From a virus, in the IMG/VR virus record IMGVR_UViG_3300009702_000003, positions 1 through 46,543 of that record: a DNA stretch of 46,543 nt, one strand, 5' to 3'. Numbering within the stretch: the first letter of the stretch is position 1; each line of letters opens with the position of its first letter. The notes under the pieces were generated by a model that searched no databases, was not told the origin of the DNA, and worked only from the letters and a program-made list of their open reading frames with translations. The translations under genes were made by a program, and so were the position numbers. Positions 7,207 to 15,114 of this stretch are shown piece by piece.

Positions 7207-7363
7207 GCTACTAAAACATTTAACAGATGGCATAGCTTTCATGATAGTAATACCTCTCTTTGTTCTAGCAGGTCTTTTAGAAATAAGCTACAAAATCTTC
7301 CAGTCCTTGTTCTTAACAGTACTGTTTCTTACTAGATTTGTCAGACAAATCTTTAGGACTTGA
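7193..7363 (+). CDS. Small membrane protein (56 aa)
   Basis: The ATG at 7193 overlaps the end of the upstream gene by 14 nt. There are two hydrophobic segments (IAFMIVIPLFVLAGLL, IFQSLFLTVLFL). Confidence 0.45.
   Translation: MPKIKLLKHLTDGIAFMIVIPLFVLAGLLEISYKIFQSLFLTVLFLTRFVRQIFRT
7334..7352. repeat. Perfect 19-bp palindrome AGATTTGTC-A-GACAAATCT
   Basis: Seen directly. It lies at the 3-prime end of the small membrane ORF and is followed by TTT. It could be a weak terminator or a protein-binding site. Confidence 0.4.
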
Positions 7364-7384
7364 TAGAAACCTGCAAAGAGCTGC

Positions 7385-7403
7385 CTGACAGGAACTGACA
7401 GGA
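7385..7403 (+). promoter_or_regulatory. Tandem CTGACAGGA direct repeats (10-bp register) upstream of the Zn-ribbon/HTH gene
   Basis: CTGACAGGA occurs at 7385..7393 and again at 7395..7403, ending 14 nt before the ATG at 7417. The same TGACAGGA 8-mer also occurs at 17275, 45388 and 45442. Confidence 0.55.
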
Positions 7404-7416
7404 GTGTGTTACTACT

Positions 7417-7785
7417 ATGCCTATACCTACCAGCCCCCACACCCATGTCCTATACTGTGAGATATGCAAGGCACCTGCAAAAAAGCCAAAGGATTGCATA
7501 TCATATGTCTGTGGGTTATGCAATCTAAAGAAACATATCCTTGCAACAGAAAGTGAGGAAAAGTACTATAACCCAGAACTAGTAAGGAAACTCATTCAAG
7601 AATATGGTGGCATTACACACATTGCTGCCAAGCTAAGACTATCCGCCTCAAGTATCTACTCCTACCTGAAAGGAAAAACAAAATGCCCATCAGTTCTGTT
7701 TACCTGGGTAAAGGAACTCCACCCAAGGAGTATCAAGATCTTACCAAAGCAATTGAAGACCTTGAAAAGACCTGGACAGACCTAG
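7417..7785 (+). CDS. Zinc-ribbon plus helix-turn-helix protein (putative transcription regulator)
   Basis: A Cys4 motif (CEIC...C-x2-C) is followed by an HTH-like segment, GGITHIAAKLRLSASSIYSYLKG. The last 103 nt overlap the next ORF. Confidence 0.55.
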   Translation: MPIPTSPHTHVLYCEICKAPAKKPKDCISYVCGLCNLKKHILATESEEKYYNPELVRKLIQEYGGITHIAAKLRLSASSIYSYLKGKTKCPSVLFTWVKELHPRSIKILPKQLKTLKRPGQT

Positions 7786-8015
7786 ATCATAAGGAATCCC
7801 TTGATGCTGCAGCAGACCTACTAGGTTTAGCTCTAAGTCTGGATGTATCTATCAGACTTACTTTTCATGACAAAGATACAGAGATTACCATTGACCCAGA
7901 AAAGAATAACTTTACTTGTGAAGACACCTTTACAGGAGAACAGTATGTCCTGCCTATTACTCACATACTAAAAGAAGCTTTGAACCCCAAAGTAAAACCC
8001 GAAGTAGAGGAATAA
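7683..8015 (+). CDS. Hypothetical acidic protein (110 aa)
   Basis: AAGGA lies 8 nt upstream of the ATG at 7683. Composition is protein-like and acidic. Confidence 0.65.
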   Translation: MPISSVYLGKGTPPKEYQDLTKAIEDLEKTWTDLDHKESLDAAADLLGLALSLDVSIRLTFHDKDTEITIDPEKNNFTCEDTFTGEQYVLPITHILKEALNPKVKPEVEE

Positions 8016-8023
8016 ACCTCAAC

Positions 8024-8052
8024 TTGACAAAGCACGGATAAGTGTGTATGCT
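8024..8052 (+). promoter_or_regulatory. Sigma70-type promoter TTGACA-N17-TATGCT
   Basis: TTGACA is at 8024..8029 and TATGCT at 8047..8052, with an exact 17-nt spacer. The predicted start site coincides with the in-frame ATG at 8059. Confidence 0.5.
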
Positions 8053-8985
8053 GTACAAATGCTTGCCGACAATACTCAACTAAATCCAGTCTTTTCACAA
8101 ATGTTCCAAGACATCCGTGAAGCAGTAGGTAGCACACAACCTATTGAAGTTGCCTACAAAGATAATGTTCCAGAAGAAGGAACTGTTAGGGGCTTCAGGT
8201 TGTCTGGAGCAGGGGACAAGGCACGCAAGCAAGCTTTCCACACATACACAAAAGCCTATGACAGCACAGACCAAGAAGAGCCTAATGCTAACAGCAGGAA
8301 TAGCATACAGCTAGCAGTTGGGAAATTTTTGCATGACTACATTAGACTCAAGATAAGTGCCGACCCCAGGTTTAAGCTAACACATGTAGAAGGGGATGTA
8401 ACATGGCGTGGGATTCCTGGTCATATAGATATGGTACTGGAATACCAAGGCTTAAAGTTCCTAGTAGACATAAAAACTACAGGGCACTATTCATACTGTA
8501 ATACAGATCCTGGAAACCCAGAGAAGGGTTACTGGCGAAGAGCTAGGTGTTGGAAAGGAAGGTATTACTTATTCAACGCTTGGTCATTTGAGGACTCACC
8601 TTTTTCAAAGAAGTACATCAATCAGATACTGACCTATAAAAGAGCAGTATACAAGACCTATGGTCTAAAAGTAAATGGTGTCCTATTCTACTTAGTAAGC
8701 AGAGATACAGGACATCAAGCTCTAGGTGTACTGGTGACTAACCCAGAGAAAGAAATACAGTTTTTACAGGAGTCAGCAGAATCCTTCAGAGAAGGACAGA
8801 AAGCTAAATCTCCTTATGATCTTCCACAGTGTTATGAAAATACTGTGGGAAAACCGTTGGCTTTAGTCTGTCAATATTGTGCCTACAGGGGTCTATGTTA
8901 TGAAACAAGACCTGGGGCAAAAGCTCCTATTGTGACTAGGATCTTAACAGACTGGCCAACAGAACAGCAAGCAAAGGAAAAGTAA
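8044..8985 (+). CDS. Cas4-like PD-(D/E)XK (RecB-family) exonuclease with a C-terminal Cys cluster
   Basis: The nuclease core is GHIDMVLEY...FLVDIKT (D...D-x-K), with QILTY as the QxxxY motif. The C-terminal C-x13-C-x2-C-x5-C (CYENT...CQYCAYRGLC) resembles the Cas4/AddB Fe-S motif. The true start may be the ATG at 8059 rather than the GTG at 8044. Confidence 0.8.
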   Translation: MYAVQMLADNTQLNPVFSQMFQDIREAVGSTQPIEVAYKDNVPEEGTVRGFRLSGAGDKARKQAFHTYTKAYDSTDQEEPNANSRNSIQLAVGKFLHDYIRLKISADPRFKLTHVEGDVTWRGIPGHIDMVLEYQGLKFLVDIKTTGHYSYCNTDPGNPEKGYWRRARCWKGRYYLFNAWSFEDSPFSKKYINQILTYKRAVYKTYGLKVNGVLFYLVSRDTGHQALGVLVTNPEKEIQFLQESAESFREGQKAKSPYDLPQCYENTVGKPLALVCQYCAYRGLCYETRPGAKAPIVTRILTDWPTEQQAKEK

Positions 8986-9266
8986 TGGCAACCAGACGAC
9001 GAGGAAATACCAATAACTCCGGTGGAACACATAAGCCTAATCCTAATAAGATTGGAGTTGCCTGGATCAATGCACCAAAGAACAGTTCAGCAGACTTAGA
9101 AGGTTACTTTTCAGACATGAAGGATGACAAGATTGCTCTTTCAATCCGAGTGGACAGAGATGTAAGTCTAAGTGAGGGACAAAGACTAATCATGTTCATG
9201 AACGATTTCAGGGAGTCAGGAAGCAAGGCCCCCGCATTGAACATGTATCTATCTAAACAGCAGTAG
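8985..9266 (+). CDS. Hypothetical protein (93 aa)
   Basis: TAATG overlap with the nuclease gene. No family recognised. Confidence 0.65.
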   Translation: MATRRRGNTNNSGGTHKPNPNKIGVAWINAPKNSSADLEGYFSDMKDDKIALSIRVDRDVSLSEGQRLIMFMNDFRESGSKAPALNMYLSKQQ

Positions 9267-9285
9267 CAGAGATAGATACTTGGTG

Positions 9286-9335
9286 GGCAGGCTCTATTAT
9301 AGCTTGTGGCCTGGTAGAGCCTGCCTTACTTTATT
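9286..9335 (+). terminator. Candidate terminator hairpin
   Basis: GGCAGGCTCT (9286..9295) pairs with AGAGCCTGCC (9316..9325) and is followed by TTACTTTATT. The 20-nt loop is large and the U-tract is interrupted. Confidence 0.4.
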
Positions 9336-10124
9336 ATGACAAAAACAACATACTTTTCCAGTATACAAGCAAAGAATAATGAAATCACTCTTGTTCCCTT
9401 TGGAGATGTGCATAGAGGCTTCCCCTCTGTAGAAACAAAGGAAACACTAGAAGCCCTACAAGATCTCCAACAGTGGGTACTAAAGACACCTAATGTTTAT
9501 GTCTTAGGCATGGGTGATTACATGGAGAACAGTACTAGAACTTCTGTAGGAACAGGAGTGTATGACCAACTAATGACCCCAGCAGAACAGTTTGAAGTAG
9601 CTACAGAGTACCTAAAACCAATTGCAGATGCAGGGTTACTACTTGGTTTGCTAACAGGCAATCATGAAGAAAGGACACGTAAGGCTTCTGGTATAGATCC
9701 AAGTAAACAAATGGCTTCCTTGCTTTCAGTTCCATACTACCAATACTCTGCTTACATAAGAGTACAGTTTCCAGGATGCAAACACAGTCATAAAATATAC
9801 GCAGAACATGGTTCTGGCGGAGCATCCCTTACGAGAACTAGAATGGCTAAGGCAGAGAAACTAGCAAGAACTGCTGATGCTGACATATACCTGATGGGAC
9901 ATGTACATGACTTGTTTGCTTGGGAAGTACCACTTGAGAGGTTTGATTTCAGAAACAAAAGAATAGTAACAGTACCCCAATACTTTGGTCTGACAGGCCA
10001 TTGGCTGGAAAGAAAAGGGAGCTATGCTGAAATGATGTCTTACCCCCCAACAAGGCCAGGCTACATGAAAATCCATATTAGACCTGACCTTACTGAAACT
10101 GAATTTGAACTCATAAGGATTTAA
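9336..10124 (+). CDS. Calcineurin-like metallophosphoesterase (Mre11/SbcD-type motifs)
   Basis: The motifs occur in canonical order: GDVHRG, GMGDYMEN, GNHEE, EHGSGG, GHVHD. Confidence 0.85.
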   Translation: MTKTTYFSSIQAKNNEITLVPFGDVHRGFPSVETKETLEALQDLQQWVLKTPNVYVLGMGDYMENSTRTSVGTGVYDQLMTPAEQFEVATEYLKPIADAGLLLGLLTGNHEERTRKASGIDPSKQMASLLSVPYYQYSAYIRVQFPGCKHSHKIYAEHGSGGASLTRTRMAKAEKLARTADADIYLMGHVHDLFAWEVPLERFDFRNKRIVTVPQYFGLTGHWLERKGSYAEMMSYPPTRPGYMKIHIRPDLTETEFELIRI

Positions 10125-10126
10125 GT

Positions 10127-10324
10127 ATGCAGACCTTAAGTGAAAAGATAGAAAATGCAATTGGTAACACACTTTTCAATGCAGATCTAGAAAGAGCACC
10201 GATTGCTTACCTATCTAAAGTCCTAACTCAAACCGTACTAGAGGTCATACGTAATGAACTCAGCAGCTATAACCCCACCAGTAGAACAGTGCAAGGAATG
10301 CACAAAAAGACAGGAACAGTATAA
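10127..10324 (+). CDS. Hypothetical small protein (65 aa)
   Basis: The start lies 2 nt after the upstream stop. The 3-prime 71 nt overlap the polymerase ORF. Confidence 0.45.
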   Translation: MQTLSEKIENAIGNTLFNADLERAPIAYLSKVLTQTVLEVIRNELSSYNPTSRTVQGMHKKTGTV

Positions 10325-12845
10325 CTACAAATATGTCTACGGTGAAAATTTAAAGCTTAAAAGGACATTCCTGTTTGTTGGAGAAGCACCTGGGAGGGTA
10401 GAAAATGAACAGGGCAAAGTCTTTGTTGGTAAGTCAGGACAACTATTGCGAGATTCACTTGCAAACCTAAACTTTCCAAAGAATCAATGTGCTTTTACTA
10501 ATGCAGTACACGTTAGACCAGATGAGTACAACTCAACCCCAAGCTTTTCCTGGGGCCAGGATTGCCTAAACATCTGTAAACCTAAGCTACTAGATATTGT
10601 AGACCCAGCTCTTATCATTTGTTTGGGTAATACAGCCTGGAAACAATTCACACGAAATAGCTCTGCATCTGTCTTTAAAGACAGGCGCAGAGTTTTGTCT
10701 TACAAGCATACTTATGCCCCAGATTCAGCAGGTAGAGTATACACAAGAGAAATACCAATTGTCTGCACTTGGCATCCTGCCTACATTCTAAGAATGGAAG
10801 GAAGAGAAAAAGAGTGGTGGGAAGCAGACTTAGATTCTTACGTCTTAGGAGAATGGGACAGAAGGGAATTAGTACCTAACCTAACTGTTAGAAAGATCTT
10901 TCCAAAAGAGTTGAACAAATCTACTTACTTCTGCTTGGACGTAGAAACAACAGGACTACACCCGTGGCGAGGAGATACCCTACGATGTGTTGGTATTACA
11001 GGTAATCCTACGTACCACACCAATGAATCACAGAGAGTGTATGTAATTAAAGATGAGAAAGGCTTTGCAGCTATACAAAGGAAAGTCTACAAGAAACCAA
11101 AAGACCCTGGTGAGATTTTATACATAGAAGGAGCTAATACACATTTTGACCTAATGTGGTTTCTAAAGCCAGGTAAATTTCCTTACTGCAGAACAAGAGA
11201 CATTCAGTTCAAGCACTATCTAGTTGATGAGGAGTATCCTATCAGGAGATTAGACCACTTAGCATTACTGTACACACCATACAAAGAGTGGAAGCTTCCT
11301 GAACATGGTGCAAATGAAACAAACCTTGCAAAACTATACGAGTACAACGCCAGAGATGTTCTACAAACACAACTAATTAGCAAGGAAATAGGGGCACAAG
11401 AGACAATAGATATTGCACAAGCAGAACCAGTAAGTAAGGTCATGGAAAGAGTACAGCCAATCCTAGCTGCTATGACCAGAACAGTAATTATGGTAGATCC
11501 TGCAGAATTACAGGGAGTAGATGAAGCTTGCAAAGAAATTATAGCAACCAAGCTATGGTCTCTTAATCTAATTCACTTAAACTATGCTACAATTACTACA
11601 AAGACTAATGCAGGTGGAACATTTTCTGGAATAGCACCAGGCAAGATTACTGAAAAATGCCTGAACACACCTACCAGAGTAAGCAAGATCATCTTCCAAG
11701 ATTTGTATGCAATACCTCCAGAAGGTAACCAGTACCTAATGAAGTCAGGTTTACCTAGAACTGATACCAAAACATTACGAGCTACAAACGATACAACAGG
11801 CTTTGTTATTGAGCTAGAAAAGTACAAGAGGGAAAGAGACAACTACAGGAAATATGTAACGAACCTGTATGATTACATTGACCAAGACCCAGATTGGGGA
11901 GAACAATTATCAGATGATCCTGTCTGGACTATGCACCCAACTGTAAACATTGCAAGTGGTTGGACTAGTAGATCTAAGTCTAAAACAGGAGGAACTACAT
12001 CATCGAGGTTCAGTTACAAAAACCCACCACTGCATAACATCCCAAGAGGACACCCAATCAGACGAATATTCATCCCGCACAAACAAGCAGGACATAGATA
12101 TCTTGCTCAAACAGATATGAAACAAGCAGAGCTAAGATGCCTTGCACAGGAGAGCAAAGACCCCCAGTTAATTGAAGCAATCAAAATTCATGAAGACTTA
12201 CACTTATCTCTGGCTGATAAACTACAAGAACAGGGAATACACTTAGGAACAGATCCAAGAAATGTTGCAAAGACAATCAACTTTGCAATCTTGTATGGTG
12301 TAAGCGCAAAGGGTTTAGCAGACCAAACACCTTTGTCAGTAGATGAGGCAAAGCTAGCAATTAAGTTGTGGTTTGAGAGATTCAAACGAGTTAAGTTCTT
12401 GTGGTATAAAACACGACAGGATATACTTAACCGAGGTTACGTCCAGACTAGTTTTGGACTAAAGAGAAGATTCAGAACAGGACTTAACAAGTTTGATCCA
12501 ATTCTATTCAAGTCACAAAGACAGGGATTTAATCACCTGTTCCAATCTGCTGCTCACCAAATCAATCTTCTAATCCTCTTAGCAATACAAGATGCTACTA
12601 ATAACTTTAAGCACCACTGGCCACTAGGTCTGATTCATGATGCTATTCTCTTCTCAACACCAGATGCAGAAGATTTGAAAGGTAGGATACAGCTTGCTTA
12701 TGATATCCTAGGAGAGAATTACCTACCTGACTTCTTTGGACAGGACATGATAATACCTATTGAGGGTGACTACAAATCAGGCCCTAATTGGTATGACATG
12801 GCAGGAGATAAAACTACATTTACAACCAAGAGTGTGACAAAGTAG
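10254..12845 (+). CDS. polA: Family A DNA polymerase with 3-5 exonuclease and an N-terminal family-4 UDG-like domain
   Basis: UDG domain: CKEC, GEAPGRVENEQGKVFVGKSGQLL and WHPAYILR. Exonuclease: FCLDVETTGL, NTHFDLMW and YNARDV. Polymerase: DMKQAELRCLA (motif A), RNVAKTINFAILYG (motif B) and LIHDAILF (motif C). Confidence 0.93.
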   Translation: MNSAAITPPVEQCKECTKRQEQYNYKYVYGENLKLKRTFLFVGEAPGRVENEQGKVFVGKSGQLLRDSLANLNFPKNQCAFTNAVHVRPDEYNSTPSFSWGQDCLNICKPKLLDIVDPALIICLGNTAWKQFTRNSSASVFKDRRRVLSYKHTYAPDSAGRVYTREIPIVCTWHPAYILRMEGREKEWWEADLDSYVLGEWDRRELVPNLTVRKIFPKELNKSTYFCLDVETTGLHPWRGDTLRCVGITGNPTYHTNESQRVYVIKDEKGFAAIQRKVYKKPKDPGEILYIEGANTHFDLMWFLKPGKFPYCRTRDIQFKHYLVDEEYPIRRLDHLALLYTPYKEWKLPEHGANETNLAKLYEYNARDVLQTQLISKEIGAQETIDIAQAEPVSKVMERVQPILAAMTRTVIMVDPAELQGVDEACKEIIATKLWSLNLIHLNYATITTKTNAGGTFSGIAPGKITEKCLNTPTRVSKIIFQDLYAIPPEGNQYLMKSGLPRTDTKTLRATNDTTGFVIELEKYKRERDNYRKYVTNLYDYIDQDPDWGEQLSDDPVWTMHPTVNIASGWTSRSKSKTGGTTSSRFSYKNPPLHNIPRGHPIRRIFIPHKQAGHRYLAQTDMKQAELRCLAQESKDPQLIEAIKIHEDLHLSLADKLQEQGIHLGTDPRNVAKTINFAILYGVSAKGLADQTPLSVDEAKLAIKLWFERFKRVKFLWYKTRQDILNRGYVQTSFGLKRRFRTGLNKFDPILFKSQRQGFNHLFQSAAHQINLLILLAIQDATNNFKHHWPLGLIHDAILFSTPDAEDLKGRIQLAYDILGENYLPDFFGQDMIIPIEGDYKSGPNWYDMAGDKTTFTTKSVTK

Positions 12846-12846
12846 C

Positions 12847-13677
12847 ATGGAGATCCAAACCTTACTCAAGAAGCTCCACTGGACTGAAAACTCAGAGCCT
12901 AAACCTGTGTGGGGTGGAATCAAAACTCCTTGGCATATGCTAACTCAAGTCCTATATGGGGGGTTCAAGCCACACTTGATACTAGTTGCAGGTAGGCCAG
13001 GAATGGGCAAGAGCAGCTTCATAAAGCAGCTTGTAGCGCACATGGCCTTGGACCAGGACCTATCAGTAGCATGGTTCAGTTTGAAATCCCCAGCAGTGGA
13101 GGGATTAGCCAGGATAAATGCAGAAAGAATGTGTGACAAGTGTGCAGAGAAGAACAAATGGTGCAACCAAGTCAGGCAACACTTAGAACAAGCGAAGCTC
13201 TATATCTCAGAAGGAGCACAGCAAAACGTAGCAGAGATGTTTGGGGGCATGGATGAGGCTGGATTTAAACCAGATATAATCTTCATAGATCACTTAGAAT
13301 GGATCCGGCTGCCAGCAGAACAGAAGTACTCTGCAAACAAGTCAGACCTTATTGGTATTGTAACAAAGCAATTAGTAGCAGAAGCTAAAGAAAGGAATAT
13401 ACCTATTGTCTTAGCAGTACAGCTTAACAGAGACTGTGAGAAACAACTGCCTTGGTCAGGACATGCAAGACCAAACCTGTCTCACTTGAGAGACAGTGGT
13501 AACTTGGAACAAGATGCACAAGAAATACTGTTTCTATACAGACATGAAGTGTACGAACCAAACTCTAAGCACTACAAGGGTAAGGCAGAAATCATAGTAG
13601 CAAAGCATAGGAACGGACCAGTAGGAACTGTACCCCTAACTTGGGAAGGAGAATACTATGGATTCTATGATGACTAA
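12847..13677 (+). CDS. DnaB-family replicative helicase, RecA-like C-terminal domain only
   Basis: The blocks are GRPGMGKSSF (H1), IIFIDHLEWI (H2), AVQLNRDCE (H3), RPNLSHLRDSGNLEQDAQEILFLYR (H4) and AKHRNGPVGTV. At 276 aa it lacks the N-terminal primase-interaction domain. Confidence 0.9.
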   Translation: MEIQTLLKKLHWTENSEPKPVWGGIKTPWHMLTQVLYGGFKPHLILVAGRPGMGKSSFIKQLVAHMALDQDLSVAWFSLKSPAVEGLARINAERMCDKCAEKNKWCNQVRQHLEQAKLYISEGAQQNVAEMFGGMDEAGFKPDIIFIDHLEWIRLPAEQKYSANKSDLIGIVTKQLVAEAKERNIPIVLAVQLNRDCEKQLPWSGHARPNLSHLRDSGNLEQDAQEILFLYRHEVYEPNSKHYKGKAEIIVAKHRNGPVGTVPLTWEGEYYGFYDD

Positions 13678-13954
13678 TACTGAAAGGCAACAAGAGTTTT
13701 ATGACCAGACCCTGTACCATCTAGCCAGGAGAATTTGCTTCGAACGAATCATGCTTGATTGGACACAAGAAGACCTTGCTAAGCATGCAGGTGTGTCACC
13801 AAATACAGTAACTAATCTGGAAAGGGGAAGTGCTGTTTCCTTGGAAGTACTTTGCAAGATATGCCTAGCACTAGGCTTAGGCGTAGAGGTAGCTTTCAAG
13901 GATGTATCACAAGCAAAACTAGATCGTTACAAGAACTTCAAGGAGGATAACTAA
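13658..13954 (+). CDS. XRE-family helix-turn-helix regulator
   Basis: LDWTQEDLAKHAGVSPNTVTNLERG is a classic HTH_3/XRE signature. The start overlaps the helicase gene by 20 nt, and alternative in-frame ATGs lie a few codons downstream. Confidence 0.8.
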   Translation: MDSMMTNTERQQEFYDQTLYHLARRICFERIMLDWTQEDLAKHAGVSPNTVTNLERGSAVSLEVLCKICLALGLGVEVAFKDVSQAKLDRYKNFKEDN

Positions 13955-14247
13955 TGGCCTACATGCCCATTGAAATACAAGAAGCATGTGACTGCATAAA
14001 AAAGTATGGGGATAAAAAACAAAATAAAGCTCTGTATAAGATACAGCTTGGAAACAATCATACTTATAATGTATTATCTTATGGTCCTCTTAGTGCTTTA
14101 ACAGACTGCATTGACCACATAAACCAAATAGAAGGGAATGACTATTATATCTTAAACAGAGCACTTTTATACACTGATATTAAGATCACCCTTGTATCAC
14201 ATGACCCACCAATTGACTCACCCGAGACTGGAGAAAGAAATGATTAA
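13954..14247 (+). CDS. Hypothetical protein (97 aa)
   Basis: TAATG overlap with the upstream gene. No family recognised. Confidence 0.65.
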   Translation: MAYMPIEIQEACDCIKKYGDKKQNKALYKIQLGNNHTYNVLSYGPLSALTDCIDHINQIEGNDYYILNRALLYTDIKITLVSHDPPIDSPETGERND

Positions 14248-14599
14248 GAAGTATGACCTCTACACTGTAAATGCAGGAAACATTACGGAATACATTAGAG
14301 CTAAAAACCCTGTACAAGCTCTAGATATCTTCTGCCAAAACGTTATGAGCAGCGCCACAGCAACAAATTTTGTAATACGTAAGCTGGGTACTCTTTTAGA
14401 AAAATCAAGCAAGGTGAGTACACAAAAGAACTGGAGTAATCATCAGGCAGAAGTTGACAAAACAGCTGATAAGCCAAAAGAAAGAATTGGTATGGGTCCC
14501 TTTGAATATCCTGAAAGTGGTACTTACAATCCAAGAAGGCCCTTGAATGAAAGAGTTATTAGAGCAAAGGCTACAGACCCAATTCGAGAAGGGATCTAA
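14240..14599 (+). CDS. Hypothetical protein (119 aa)
   Basis: The ATG at 14240 is preceded by GGAGAAAG. The upstream part of ORF 14192..14599 overlaps the previous gene. Confidence 0.6.
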   Translation: MIKKYDLYTVNAGNITEYIRAKNPVQALDIFCQNVMSSATATNFVIRKLGTLLEKSSKVSTQKNWSNHQAEVDKTADKPKERIGMGPFEYPESGTYNPRRPLNERVIRAKATDPIREGI

Positions 14600-14601
14600 C
14601 A

Positions 14602-14808
14602 ATGAGCCACACGGATAGTAATAAGAAAACACTATTCCGGGTAAGGAATGCAGGAAGTCCGGAAAAGGTTGATGACGCTGGAATGCACAAGTTCCTAACC
14701 TGGTTCAATGCTATGCTACGCCTTGAACGGACAGCAGACATTACCTTGGATGAAAGGGGAGTCATTACTGTTTGGGATACCACAGAGACTGAGAGTGAAA
14801 CAGTATGA
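14602..14808 (+). CDS. Hypothetical protein (68 aa)
   Basis: GAAGGGA is upstream and there is a 2-nt gap after the previous stop. Confidence 0.6.
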   Translation: MSHTDSNKKTLFRVRNAGSPEKVDDAGMHKFLTWFNAMLRLERTADITLDERGVITVWDTTETESETV

Positions 14809-15113
14809 AAAATGATACGAAGAATGTGCACACAGGAAGATGTTTCTATGCTGGTGGTACGGGCATACCCATGGTCGTTGAACTGCACACAGCAGAACAC
14901 AGGGGAGATCACAGCGCAGAAGTATGCCTGCCTTACACAATTGACCCGGCCACGCCAATTGGTGACGTTGTGGAGTGGCTACTAACACATCGCACTAAAA
15001 GCTTCGACGGAACTAGCATAATAGGCATACGTCACCAAGACTGGATAGTATTACGCGCAGGCATACCAGTACAAAAACACACGGGCAGAGAAAAGGATCA
15101 GACAGAGGTTTAA
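14805..15113 (+). CDS. Hypothetical protein (102 aa)
   Basis: ATGA overlap with the upstream gene. G+C is moderately elevated relative to the flanks. Confidence 0.6.
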   Translation: MKNDTKNVHTGRCFYAGGTGIPMVVELHTAEHRGDHSAEVCLPYTIDPATPIGDVVEWLLTHRTKSFDGTSIIGIRHQDWIVLRAGIPVQKHTGREKDQTEV

Positions 15114-15114
15114 G

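Noticed and set aside
7660-7700. Possible programmed -1 frameshift joining 7417..7785 to 7683..8015.
   Set aside because: There is no X_XXY_YYZ slippery heptamer in the zero frame around the A-rich run (AAA GGA AAA ACA AAA TGC). The downstream ORF also has its own ATG and Shine-Dalgarno sequence.
13658-13954. The XRE-family regulator as evidence for a lysogeny module or temperate lifestyle.
   Set aside because: No integrase, recombinase, excisionase, partition system or divergent cI/cro-type pair is visible anywhere in the window. A lone XRE gene sits inside the replication operon.
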